The notes below the pieces were generated by a model, which saw nothing but the letters and a program-made list of their open reading frames with translations, searched no databases and was not told where the DNA came from. 64,000 nt of DNA from the human T2T-CHM13v2.0 reference genome, Homo sapiens, in the NCBI RefSeq assembly GCF_009914755.1, contig NC_060938.1; one strand, 5' to 3'. Every line of letters begins with the position of its first letter. The stretch's first letter is position 1. The translations under genes were made by a program, and so were the position numbers. Shown here one piece after another: positions 1-13,290 of this stretch.

Positions 1-1313
1 GCAACCTTCTGTCTTATTAGTGGAAATTGCTGGTACTCTCCCCATTACCTGGATTTGAATGTACTTGGAGTTGGTCATTTCCCCAATGCCCACCAAACTG
101 TCAAAGACCAGACCAAACTTCTTACAGTTTTCCACTGGAATGGAGTTTACTTTCCCTTTCATCGGGAGAGCTGATTTTTCACAATTGAAAATGTAAGCCG
201 CTTGTTTCAGCTCAGTCTCTGAAATCACAAGGTCATTCCTGTCTTCTTGGTACTCTGCTCTCCATTTACTTCCTTCCAACTTGAACACGGGTGCATGTTG
301 CTGGGAAGGATGAGGTTTGGGAGATGTGGGACTTGGAGTGTAGCTTCTGTGGGGAGACGTACTTTGCCCTCCGTGAGCCTGCAGGCTGGGATTCTTATAT
401 AGGCCTTCTGGTCATCAGTGATGTGCCAGAGCCCTGGTTCTGCAGGGTTAGGCTTCTCCCTGGTTAAACCGGGCAAATAAAGCTGAGCATGAAGGAGAGG
501 ACTTTTCTTTTGTGTCTTCATTCTCAAAAAGTGGAGGGGCCCTGGAGGAGGTGAGGAGGATGTGGAGAAAGGTCAGGCCCTCAGGAGAGAACAGAAAGCG
601 CTGATGTGGGTGCTGCGGACCTGTTCTGCTCCACGTGAGGCCCGTGGTGTGGTGCTCCTTGACGCATGCTTGAAACTCACTCCAAATGTTCACATATGAC
701 CTCACCCAATCCACACGGTGTAAATCATGTTTGTAGCCCTTTAAGACCCTGTTAGTGTAAAAGGTGGCAGCATCACACATCTCGTTGACGTAAGTACCCA
801 AGTTGGGGGGCACAGTTATGCAGCCAAGGGCAGGGAGGCTTTTGCTGACATCCGAGAGATGACTAAACATGTTACTCCCTCGGTTTCTCTCTTTGAAGGT
901 TTGGACTTCTGAATCTTTTCTGATTTGGGTTTCAGAAATGCAGCCACGCATTCTCTCGGGGTTGTTGGTCATGAGATGCCATCAGAAGGAAAGCCCTGTA
1001 ACACCCTTTCTGCATAAGTCTCCATGTCACCAGCAAGGATCCTACTGTTCTTTAAAAACTTGGCCACCATGCTGTTCATCAGCTTATCAAAGGCTTCCAC
1101 GGAGGGTGCCACACCTCCACAGACACTCTTGCTTACCCCGCCATCCCCAGGGGGCCTGTGGGACTCTGCAGACAGCGACTCCAGGCAGCTGACAGCCCAC
1201 TCCAGTCTTTCCAGCAGTCCCTGCATGTCTGCCATTCTGCTTTGCTGCCCTGGGGTCCTGTCTTTGGCAATGCAAATCTGTGGCCGGCCACTCATGCTCT
1301 CTTCCTGTGGCCC
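1..1313 (-). pseudogene. CAP2P1: Processed (intronless) pseudogene of CAP2 (cyclase-associated protein 2); 3' part continues beyond the left edge
   Basis: Minus-strand translations match CAP2 colinearly with no introns: MADMQGLLERLEWAVSCLESLSAESHRPPG (ATG 1235-1233), FKERNRGSNMFSHLS, DAATFYTNRVLK, KEHHTTGLTWS, SALFARFNQGEA, and IQIQVMGRVPAISTNKTEGC at bases ~60-1. The frame is split over several ORFs by frameshifts and a stop at 448-450. An L1-endonuclease-like TTT/AAAA lies at 1331-1325. The symbol is from memory of the locus. Confidence 0.93.
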
Positions 1314-1423
1314 TTATTGTGTTGTTTTAAATATACTGAAGTTTCATCACATTCCCCAAAGCCTGCCATTCAGTTGGGACTTCATTCCTTGAACGTGTTT
1401 GCGAACTGCGATTGACCTACGGC

Positions 1424-1632
1424 CGGATTTCTTAACCTCAGCATTACTGACATTCTGGATTGGATAATTCTTGTCCTGGGATGCTACACTGTGGATGGTA
1501 AGATGCTCAGCAGTCTTCCTGGCCTCCCACTAGACACCAGTGACACCCACCTCATCAGCTGTGACAACCAAAAATGTTTCCAGTTATTGCTGTGTGTCCA
1601 CTGGGGAATAAAACTGCTCCCAAATGAGAACC
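1424..1632. mobile_element. MER20 (hAT-Charlie MITE)
   Basis: TTTCTTAACCTCAGCATTACTGACATT...GTGACAACCAAAAATGTTTCCAG...GAGAACC signature. Confidence 0.8.
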
Positions 1633-2077
1633 CAGGAACACTGGCCCCAATCTCTCCACTCATCAAGTCCCAAACCTCCCGCTCCATCTTTCGGCAGGCA
1701 CCGTCACCTCCTCTTTTCTAAACGAAGGACATGCCCTTCCTTCCACCTCCGTTCGCTGGCTCCATTATTTCTGCCTGCGCGTGCATCTTCTTACTTGCCA
1801 AAGTAACATCTCTATTACCCTTCTTTTCCTCTGGAATCTTTCCTCCCTCCACTACCCCTTGTCTCCACTTACCTCCCCCTTCCCAGGACTGATGATTTCT
1901 TATCTTAGCCATCGCCACACATAAACTGGTGTCCAAGTCCTCCTTTTGGCTCCCATTATTCTTTCCTGCACTCACAAATCCCAAGAGCTGGCACCGACAG
2001 CGCAGCTTCCACTCCCCCATGTCACCACCACAACCTCTTCCTGCCAGGGGTCACCTGGGTCCCCCAGTTCCCCAGGT

Positions 2078-2438
2078 GCTATGGTTTGCATGTGTCCCTC
2101 CAAAATTCAGGTGTTGCCAAGGTGATAGTGTTAAGAGGTAGGGCCTTTAAAAGGTGATTAGGCCAGGAGGGCTCCTTCCTCATGAACGGGATTAGATGAC
2201 CATATAAAGGGGCTTAAAGGAGGGAGCCACCCCCCTTTTCTGCCTTCTGCCATGTGAAGACACAGTGCTCCTCTCCTCTGGAGGGTACAGCGTTCAAGGC
2301 CCCATTTTGCAAGCAGCCCTCACCAGACAATGAACCTACCACAGCCTTGATCTTGGACTTCCCAGCCTCCAGCATAGCGAGAGATCTATTGTTTGTAAAT
2401 TACCCAGTTTGTGACAGCAGCACAAACAGACTAAGACG
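2078..2438 (+). mobile_element. MST-family MaLR solo LTR
   Basis: TGCTATGGTTTG start, ATCTTGGACTTCCCAGCCTCCAG internally, AAACAGACTAAGAC end. Confidence 0.8.
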
Positions 2439-2947
2439 AGCGGTCACTGCCCTTGATGTCACTCCAGCCTCTCTCCCCTCTCCACCGCACGACCTCCCAC
2501 ATGCACTCACATGAGAAGCCTCTTTCTGGGTTACACAAACTTCCTGTTACTTTTGACAATACTCTTAAAAATCCTTTCCACCTTTAGCTACAAAACACCC
2601 TCCTGGCCTGGGTTCGGCTCCTCCCACTCTTCTTGCCGGACAGTCGGCTAGCTCTCTGTCCATGCTCGGCCCCACCATCAGAGCATTCCTAGAGTTCTAG
2701 CCCTCTCCTCTTTTCTTCTCATGCTCTTTTCCTAGGAGAGTTTGTGGAAAGGTTGGGTTTGCCACTTCCCCACTGCCAGCTGATTCTGTTTCCAGATGCT
2801 GGAGGGTATCTCCAGCGGGCTCTGCACAGAGCAGCTTTCAGCTGCCCCTAGCTCCCACATCCGCTCAAACCAGAAGGCAGCTTCCCCCCTCTGCCTTGCT
2901 TGCCAGTTCCCAGGGCACGCTCTCCATGCTGCCCAGGGTTTATCAGT

Positions 2948-3430
2948 GTCTATTCGTTTGCTGGGGCTGCCATAACCAAGTGCCACAGACTGGGGGGTTT
3001 AAGCAACAGAAATTCCTCCTCTCACAGTCCTGGAGGGCAGAAGTCCAAGATCAAGGGGTCACAGGGCTGGTTCCTTCAGCAGGCTGTGGGGGAGAATCTG
3101 TTCCTGGCCTCCCTCGCAGCTGCTGGTGTTTGCTGGTGTTCTCTGGCTTGCAAGAGCATTGCCCTGCCTTCATCTTTACACAGCATTCCCCCGTGTGTAC
3201 AGCTGGCTTCAAATTCCCACCTTTTCTAAGGACAACGTCATGTTGAGTCGAGGGTGCACCCCACTCCAGTGTGACCTCATCTTAACTAATGACATCCTGC
3301 AAGGACCTTATTGGAAATATGGGCACATTGGAAGTAAGGGCACATTCTGAGGAACTGGGAGTTAGGACATCAACATATGAATGGAGCGGCGGTTGGGGGT
3401 AGGGGGAGAGAAGCACAATTCACCCCAGAC
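2948..3430 (-). mobile_element. MLT1-family MaLR LTR (MLT1B/C-like)
   Basis: GGGCTGCCATAACCAAGTGCCACAGACTGGG...CAGAAGTCCAAGATCAAGG...GACCTCATCTTAACTAAT. Confidence 0.8.
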
Positions 3431-4086
3431 AGTGGCTATTTCCCTTCCACATGCAGTCTCTCCAGGCTATACCAAGACACCTGTGGCTGTCTTTTCCTGA
3501 ATCCCTAATACCTACTGCTGTGCTTGGAACCTGGCTGCCACAAATGTCTGTTGAGGGAAGTAAAGTTTATCCTTTAATTCAGCATTCCGCAAAGAACAAA
3601 ACAGAAGAAAACAACGGACCCAGCCTTTGGTAATCACCTGGCAAATGCTCTAGTTCAAAATTCTGGAGGCTCTGACACCTTCCTCAGCTACGTCCCTGCC
3701 TCCAGTCCCCATTGGGGCCCACCCGTTCTTCCCAAGGGCTCCTGCACTTTCCTTTCCTTTCTGTTTCTACTCCCAGGCCTGGGGTCAGCTCAAGTTAAGA
3801 TGTCCTCTCCTGAATCCTAATAGGCCTCCCTGTCTCCAGCCTCTCTCCCCACAGCAGGCCGCCCTGCCTGACACCTCAGCAGCATTCTCAAAGCACAATA
3901 TCTTCAGGCACAGTCCCCAGGGCTTGCCAACGTGGAGAGGTGCCCAGAGTGCTATCAGGGGTGGGGGAATGGTATCACCAGAGCTGCCCAATGTCAACAA
4001 AGCCTCTCATTTTTCATGTGTCTCATACACCGACTCTCCATGTGCGTCTTCATTCGAAGAGTTTGGTGGCTACAGAAGTGTGAATG

Positions 4087-4635
4087 TGCCAGAGGCGTCT
4101 GAACCACAGCAACTCCATCATGAATAGGGGCTGGGTAAAATGAGGCTGAGACCTACTGGGCTGCCTACCCAGATGGTGAAGGCATTCTAAGTCACAGGAT
4201 GAGACAGGAGGTCGGCACAAGATGCAGGTCACAAAGACCTTGCGGATAAAACAGATTGCATTAAAGCCAGCTGAAACCCACCGAACCAAGATGGCAATGA
4301 GAGTGACCTCTGGTGGTCCTCACTGCTACACTCCCACAGCACCATGACAGTTTACAAATGCCATGCCAACATCAGGAAGTTACCCTATATGGTCTAAAAA
4401 GGGGAGGCATGAATAATCCACCCCTTGTTTAGCATATCATCAAGAAATAACCATAAAAATGGGCAGCCAGCAGCCCTCCGGACTGCTCTATATATGAAGT
4501 AGCCATCATTTTGTTCCTTTACTTTATTAATCAAGTTGCTTTCACTTTACTCTATGGAATCGCCCTGAATTCTTTCTTGTTTGAGATCCAAGAGCCTCCT
4601 CTTGGAGTCAGGATCGGGACCCCTTTCCTGTAACA
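4087..4635 (+). mobile_element. MER41A-like ERV1 solo LTR, full length, 4-bp TSD AATG
   Basis: TGCCAGAGGCGTCTGAACCA...GGGACCCCTTTCCTGTAACA, 549 bp. AATG at 4083-4086 and 4636-4639. Confidence 0.88.
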
Positions 4636-5218
4636 AATGCTTACAGGGCAGGGTGAGAGCCAATCGGTGCTGGTACCCCTCAGAAGCCCTCCTGTTCCTT
4701 CCCAGCATGTCCTTCCTGCTTTCAATATGCCGCCTGGCACAGGTCTCCAGAACACCTGCACCCAGGAGGCTTTTTGGGCCCATCCCAGCCCAATCTCTCC
4801 CTCCGCTGCATGAAATGCCCTAGACCCATGTTCTCTTCACCTGTTACAGCCTATTCATCCTTTAATGTTCAACTCGAATCCCAGGTACCCAGGACACCTT
4901 ATCTGGTCACTCTCACCCTACAACCTCTCCCTCCTCTGAATCCTTCTGGCAAATACCTTCTGTGCAGCTCATCTGGGAATTAATTGCACTCTGCAGTGTC
5001 TTCCCATTCTAACGCCTTATACCTTTAACCCACAGGTATGTGTGTCTCACCTTACCTTGGCAGACGTCACGTGAGCAGAGGCTAACAGTGACTCCTCTCT
5101 TAGAACCTGGCCAGGTTCACAGCACACGGAAGATGGTTGTCATTATTCTAAGTGATTCTGAAAAACAGCGGGAATGCTACCTGCACCTCCTACACAGAAT
5201 TATCTCAAACACTAAGGA

Positions 5219-5537
<319 letters not shown>

Positions 5538-6295
5538 AGGATTTTTAAAACATCTCTTATAAACATAATTAAATCTCTCACAAAGAAACTAGCCTATAGT
5601 AACACATCTTCTTCACTATCATCATCTCAAATAAAAACTCAAAAATATTTAAAAATTGAAAGAAAATTATAAATCTCATTCATAGTAAGTAATAGATTAG
5701 GTAATTTGGATTCCTCTTTTCTGTGATTTCTTGATTCCTTAGGAACAGATAAATAACTAGATAAATACATGCATATTTTTTATAATATGGGATGCATGTT
5801 TTGAGTATATACTGAAAAAACTCTGCTTAAAACCACGGCTACGATTTTACATGCATACAGCTTATGATACATCTCATGAACAGATGCAAAGGTGTTTATC
5901 ATTATCTTTGTGCTACACAGTTTCTAATTTTACATATGAAAACCAAGGCATCATTCAGTATAAAGTACATTATTTGCATGATATATTTGCATTTGTAAAA
6001 CACCCACATTTACTTTTACTGCTTAATGGGCCCTGATTTAAATGGGCCACTCTATATAAATGGAGCACACTGGTTCTCCACTCAATGGTGTTGATAAGAA
6101 AACTACTCCTTTTAGATGCAAATGAGCCTACTAATCACAATTAGAATGGTGGAGTTAAGGGAGGCAGAGCAGCTGGGCCAAGAGCTCCCAGTCTAGTAGG
6201 GCCAGTTTGGTTCTAGCTTCATCTCTGAAGCAGCAACTTGGGACTTCCCCAGAGGACATCTGCCCAGGGGCCCCAGGGATAAACTCAACATTTCT

Positions 6296-6577
<282 letters not shown>

Positions 6578-6921
6578 GAAACTCAACATTTCTGAAGGGG
6601 CTGGAGGAGAGGAGAAACAGCTTCAGAATTTGGGCCTGCTGTGCTAGTGTGGATCAATCTATCCATGGCCTTTGTTATCCCAAACCTGTCCAAAGTGCCA
6701 GATATTAAGCAATACTTTTCAAACATAAGTGGAATCATACGGAAGGAGAATAGCATTTGTAAAACTAACAAGAGGAAAGGCAAGTAAAGGGAAAAGCTAA
6801 GTAACTATATAAGACATTACCCAAACTAATGCCACGGAGGCGGCGCAAAAGACATCCCCTTAAAATGGTGCAGGCACTCTGAAAAAACAGTATGGCGGTT
6901 CCTAAAAAAATTAAACATAGG

Positions 6922-7217
6922 GGCCGGGCGCGGTGGCTCAGGCCTGTAATCCCAACACTTTGGGAAGCCGAGGCGGGCGGATCACAAGGTCAGGAGATCG
7001 AGACCATCCTGGCTAACACGGTGAAACCCTCTACTAAAAATACAAAAAAAATTAGCCGGGCGTGGTGGCGGGCGCCTGTAGTCCCAGCTACTCAGGAGGC
7101 TGAGGCGAGAGAATGGCGTGAAACTGGGAGGCGGAGCTTGCAGTGAGCCGAGATTGCGCCACTGCACTCCAGCCTGGGCAACAGAGCAAGACTCCCTTTC
7201 AAAAAAAAAAAAAAAAA
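6922..7217 (+). mobile_element. AluY
   Basis: GAGATCGAGACCATCCTGGCTAACACGG and GAATGGCGTGAA diagnostics. TSD AAAATTAAACATAGG. Confidence 0.92.
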
Positions 7218-7337
7218 TTAAACATAGGAATGCCATCAAATCTAACAGTTCCGATTCTGGATATATACCCAAAACAACTGAAAGCAGGGATTTGAAGAGA
7301 TACTCGTACACCCATGCTCATAGAAACATTATTCACA

Positions 7338-7652
7338 TCTGGGTGCGATGGCTCACGCCTATAATCCCAGCATTTTGGGAGGCCAAGGCAGGAGAATTGC
7401 TTGAGGCTAGGAGTTCGAGACCAGCCAGGGCTACATAGCAAGACCCTGATTCTACAAAAAAAAAATTTTTTTTTAAGTCACCGGGTGTGGTGGCACACAC
7501 CTGTAGTCCCAGCTACTTGGGAACCTGAGGCAGGAGGACGGCTTGAGCCCAGGAGTTCAAAGTTACAGTGAGCTATAATCATGCTACTGCACTCTGGCCT
7601 GGGTGACAGACAGAGAACATGTCTCTAAAAAAACAAAACAACAAGAAGAAAA
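7338..7652 (+). mobile_element. AluJ
   Basis: Dimeric Alu with TSD AGAAACATTATTCACA. Confidence 0.88.
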
Positions 7653-8063
7653 GAGAAACATTATTCACAATAGCCAAGAGGTAGAAGCAACCTAACTGTC
7701 CCTCGATGGATGCATGGATAGACAAAACAAGAGAATAATATTCAGCCTTTAAAAGGAAGGAAACCCTCACATACGTTATAACATGAACCTTGAGGGCATT
7801 ATGGTAAATGCAATAAGCCAGTCACAAAAAAGACAAACACTGTATGACTCCACTTTTATAAGGTATCTAGAGTCATTAAACTCATAGATAGAAAAAGAAT
7901 GGTGGTTGCCAGGAACTAGGTGGAGGGGAACGGGGGGAGTGGTTGTTTAATGAGTACAGGGTTTCAGTCTTGGAAGATGAAAAAAATGATGATGGCAGTG
8001 CTGGCTGTACAACAGCTGAGCATCTTTAATGCCACTGAACTGTAAACTTTAAAAATGCCTGGA

Positions 8064-8133
8064 TGGCGCCACTGCACTCCAGCCTGGGTGATAGAGGGAG
8101 ACTCCGTCTATTTAAAAAAAAAAAAAAAAAAAA
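8064..8133 (+). mobile_element. 5'-truncated Alu (3' end plus poly(A))
   Basis: GCGCCACTGCACTCCAGCCTGGG...A-tail, with degenerate TSD GCCTGGAT/GGCTGGAT. Confidence 0.8.
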
Positions 8134-8781
8134 GGCTGGATAGTACATTTTATTTCATGTGTCTTTTACCACAATTTAATAAATAAATAACAGATAGACG
8201 ACAGACAGACAAACAGACATTTCCTAATGGCTGGCCAGACAGTACATAAGGCAGGTGACACCTCTGCTGCTCCACTGCCAGGATCTAGAAATAAGGGCTG
8301 GTTTCCTCACTCTCTTTTCTCTCACTCATCCATTCACTGAATAAACATGTTTTTACATTGCTATGAGGACGCTGTGACAAAATAACCATCCTGTCCTCCA
8401 AGAGGCAGGGACATGGATGGCAAATTAGCTCAAGGATTCTGAGATGTACAGAGGAACCCCTGCAGCTGCCTTTGGATGTCTTGGTTACTACACCAAGAAT
8501 AAAACCAGACACTAGAATCTTCTGGACAATGTTCCTCTTGTTGGGTAGAATACACTGACAGTCTCTTCTATGAGGCCCATGCCCATTCCTTGACCCTCAT
8601 CTGAATCTTCTCTGAGCCCTAAAAGTGCTGCTGTGGGACTTCAATGCCAACTGTCCTGCCAGTTCTCCAGCTGCTTCCCTGGAAAAACTATAGATCCTCC
8701 AAAGGTGACATCCACCTTCTGGGTGCTCACACCCAGTATGTGCTCAATAAGTGCTGCTATTATCACAGCCTAGAAAGTAGC

Positions 8782-9106
8782 TGATATGGTTTGGCTGTGT
8801 CCCTACCCAAATCTCACCTTGAACTGTAATAATCCCCAAGTGTCAAGGGTGGGGCCAGGTGGAGAGATTTGAATCATGGGGGCGGTTTCCCCCATACTAT
8901 TCTCAAGGTAGTGAATAAGTCTCACAAAATCCAATGGTTTTATAAATGGGAGTTCCCCTGCTCAAGCTGTCTTGCCTGCCACCATGTAAGACGTGATTGT
9001 GAGGCCTCACCAGCCATGTAGAACTGTGAGTCCATTAAACCTCTTTCCTTTACAAATTATCCAGTCTTGGATGTCTTTATCAGCAGCATGAGAACAGACT
9101 AATTCA
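8782..9106 (+). mobile_element. THE1 (THE1D-like) MaLR solo LTR
   Basis: TGATATGGTTTGGCTGTGTCC...GAACAGACTAATTCA with 5-bp TSD GTAGC/GCAGC. Confidence 0.88.
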
Positions 9107-9728
9107 GCAGCCCTTCAATATCTTCTCTTTGGTGCACTCCTGAGGAGCTGAAACCTGGAGGCTTTGCTCTATCCCATGGAATCTCTCCATCTCAGCCTCA
9201 CTGATCCCCAAATACGGAAGCCAAGTCCCTCAAGGAGCAGCTTGCCTCAGAGATGGAGATGATAGAAGGTGGCCCGGGGATACCTTCTACACCTCCCACT
9301 TTGGCCGTGCTGACCCCAGAGAGGGACCAGGTGGCCAAGTCTGGACTGGAGGGACTCTGAGACTGAGGAAGCCCAGCCACTCCCTCCTTCCTTTGGCAAC
9401 AGTTTCACGGAGGTCTTGACAATGGTACAAATGGCACCAGTGCAACAGGTGGAACCAGCTGAGGACTAGACAATGTTAGTATGGCCAGGGTGCTTGATCC
9501 AAAGACAGTGGCAAAAGCTTATCTAAAATCCCCTCCATCAAGAGCAAACACATGGTGAGTAAAAATATCATTTCAACTTGAACTGAATCGCAAGGAAGCA
9601 AGAAGGCTGGCCACACTTGCATCTTCTGTCCCAGCACAGCAGCATCATTTTGAGGTGGTGACCAACAACTACACACTGCCCATTATATAATGTGAGTAAC
9701 ACAATTCCCTCATTACTCCATGAACTGA

Positions 9729-10210
<482 letters not shown>

Positions 10211-10416
10211 TAACCTATTTGTGGAGAAATTGTGATTTCCCTTGATTATTCATTTCCTCCCTTTGACAGCTAGTCCCATCCCATAGTCCACCACGAAGAT
10301 GAGAGACATAAACACTGATTTTGGAAAGCTGATGACATAGAAGGGACACCTCGATCTAAATGCTGTATCAGGAAGACCTAATCTGGGCACTCAATTGCTA
10401 CAGTTGTATGTAATAG

Positions 10417-10743
<327 letters not shown>

Positions 10744-10842
10744 TCAGATGTTTATTTTTTATAAAACATTTTTCCTATGGTTTATTACATCTATTTATGG
10801 TTGGCTTCAAAGTGACAAAGTGATTTTAAATTTCCAAAATGT

Positions 10843-11478
<636 letters not shown>

Positions 11479-12859
11479 TCAGCGCCTTAACCATGTCTTT
11501 GTCCTGATACTTCCAACTGAGCAGAAAGGCCCGGCCCGACCTCAAAGGTACCCTGTCTACTCACTCCTTTCCCGGTGACCTCTGGCCACCTCCCTCACCA
11601 CCTGTACCAACCTTTTCCTTGCTTGTGACTCTCTGCTGTTCGCAAACTGTCCCACGTGTCCCTCTCTCAGTCCCTCCCCACATAGTGTAGCTCAGGAAAA
11701 CCCAAAACGAAATGGTTGGGAAGGCCAAGTGCGTTGGTTTTCTTCCACCATCACATGGGCTGGAGCCGAAGAAACTGATTCTTACACACCTAGTACCTAA
11801 TACCCATTCGATGCTTCGAGAAAAACTATAGAAACATCTATTCCTCTCCTGGAAGTGAACTGAGGCAAATAATGTTGCTGAACTTCCATGATAGCATTAA
11901 ATTCGAAGAGAACATAGTTTCAAAAGAGTAATGTCACTTCTTGGCCATAGTTATGTAACTATGAGGGTGTGTCCATCAAGCTTTACAAAATGTGGTAGCA
12001 CACCATGCCTTCTCAGCACCTTTCTTTCTGGGTGTAAACAGTTACGTATGATTGTGAGGGTTTTGCTTTGTTTTACTTTGTTTTGTTCTGTGCTTCCCTC
12101 TTCTTTGAATTCCTATGGCGAATAAAGAGGACCACACAATTGAAGCTTTAAACATAACCCGAAAAACCTTAGCCTCCTGAAACCTTTGGAGGAAACTGAC
12201 TCACACACATGGGCTGTGCTTCTTGGTGCTGGGTCATTGGGCTCACCTTTGCAAGTCCCCTGAGCACACACAGGCCACACACCGCTGCCAAGGCTCGTGC
12301 CTTCCTCTTCAATGCTACCTGGCCTGAAAGCTCCTGAAGGATGTGACTTATCCTCCAAAGCCACTTGCAGAGCCCAGTACCAATCGGGTCTGAGAAGGTA
12401 TGCTACTTCTCTCCCTTTCATCTGCCCTTCTCTGTCCACCTCCACCCTCTTCAAAGGCTGCCCACCTCCGCCCTCTTCAAAGGCATTGTTCAAAGGAGTC
12501 ACAGGCCACCAAGTTTTAGTACTGTGCTACAGCTTAGCCTTTCCAGGGAGGACACTTTATGTGTAGGGCATTCTTTGCCTGCACTAAACTGCTACCACTT
12601 CATATACACAGATTCAGGGACTTTTGCTAGCAATGACTCCACTTTAATTTGTGTATAATCCAGTCAATCGTGTGCTCAAAATGACTCCTGGCTCCCTGTG
12701 ACCTGTGCCACTTCCAGGTTCTTTAGCACTAAACAATTGGCTCCACTTGCTCCAGCTTCTCCTGCCACCCCTTGTCTTTTAGTTTTTTTCGCTCTGACAA
12801 TACCAAGTTGCTCATGGTCCCTTGGAGACACCAGAGCGCCTTTGACCTCTGTCATTGCT

Positions 12860-13290
12860 ACTCAGTTGCCCCTGCTTGGAATGTCCCTCACTCCCTTGTT
12901 TTCTTTGCAAACTTTTATGCAGTCTTGAAAATACTGCTCCTCCTGTCTTCTTCCTGCCTCCCTCCATGCTGAGAGCAGATCCTATCTGTCTTATGCTGTC
13001 TCCTTTCCATGAAACACAGGGTATTATAAGTTAGTTATTTATGGAGCTAGACTGTGAGCTCTCTGAAGACACTGACGATCTGATTCAGCTCATGTCCCCA
13101 GGAGCTGGCATGGAGTAGGTGTTCAATAAACATCTGCTAAAAAAAAAAAACAAAAAAAAAAACTAGCCCTATAAAGTATATAGGGCTGGTATTATGATCC
13201 TCATTTTGCAGCTAAGAACACTTAATTCAGAAAGGAAAAGTCACTTAATGAGGGTCGCATGGCTAGTAAGTGACTCATGCTCTCTTCATT
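12860..13290. mobile_element. Degenerate L2 3' end plus MIR fragments
   Basis: CTAGACTGTGAGCTC...GTAGGTGTTCAATAAA (L2) and ATCCTCATTTTGCAGCTAAG...GGTCGCATGGCTAGTAAGTG (MIR). Confidence 0.55.

Larger units (their letters stand above)
6860..8190 (+). mobile_element. L1M (L1MB-like) 3' fragment interrupted by three Alu insertions
   Basis: AAACAGTATGGCGGTTCCT...TTATTCACAATAGCCAAGAGGTAGAAGCAACC...GAATGGTGGTTGCCAGG...AATAAA. Confidence 0.8.

Noticed and set aside
448-1295. 174-aa and 108-aa CAP2-like ORFs as a functional retrogene
   Set aside because: There are multiple frameshifts, an internal deletion after ETYAE, a disrupted poly-Pro region and a premature stop at 448-450.
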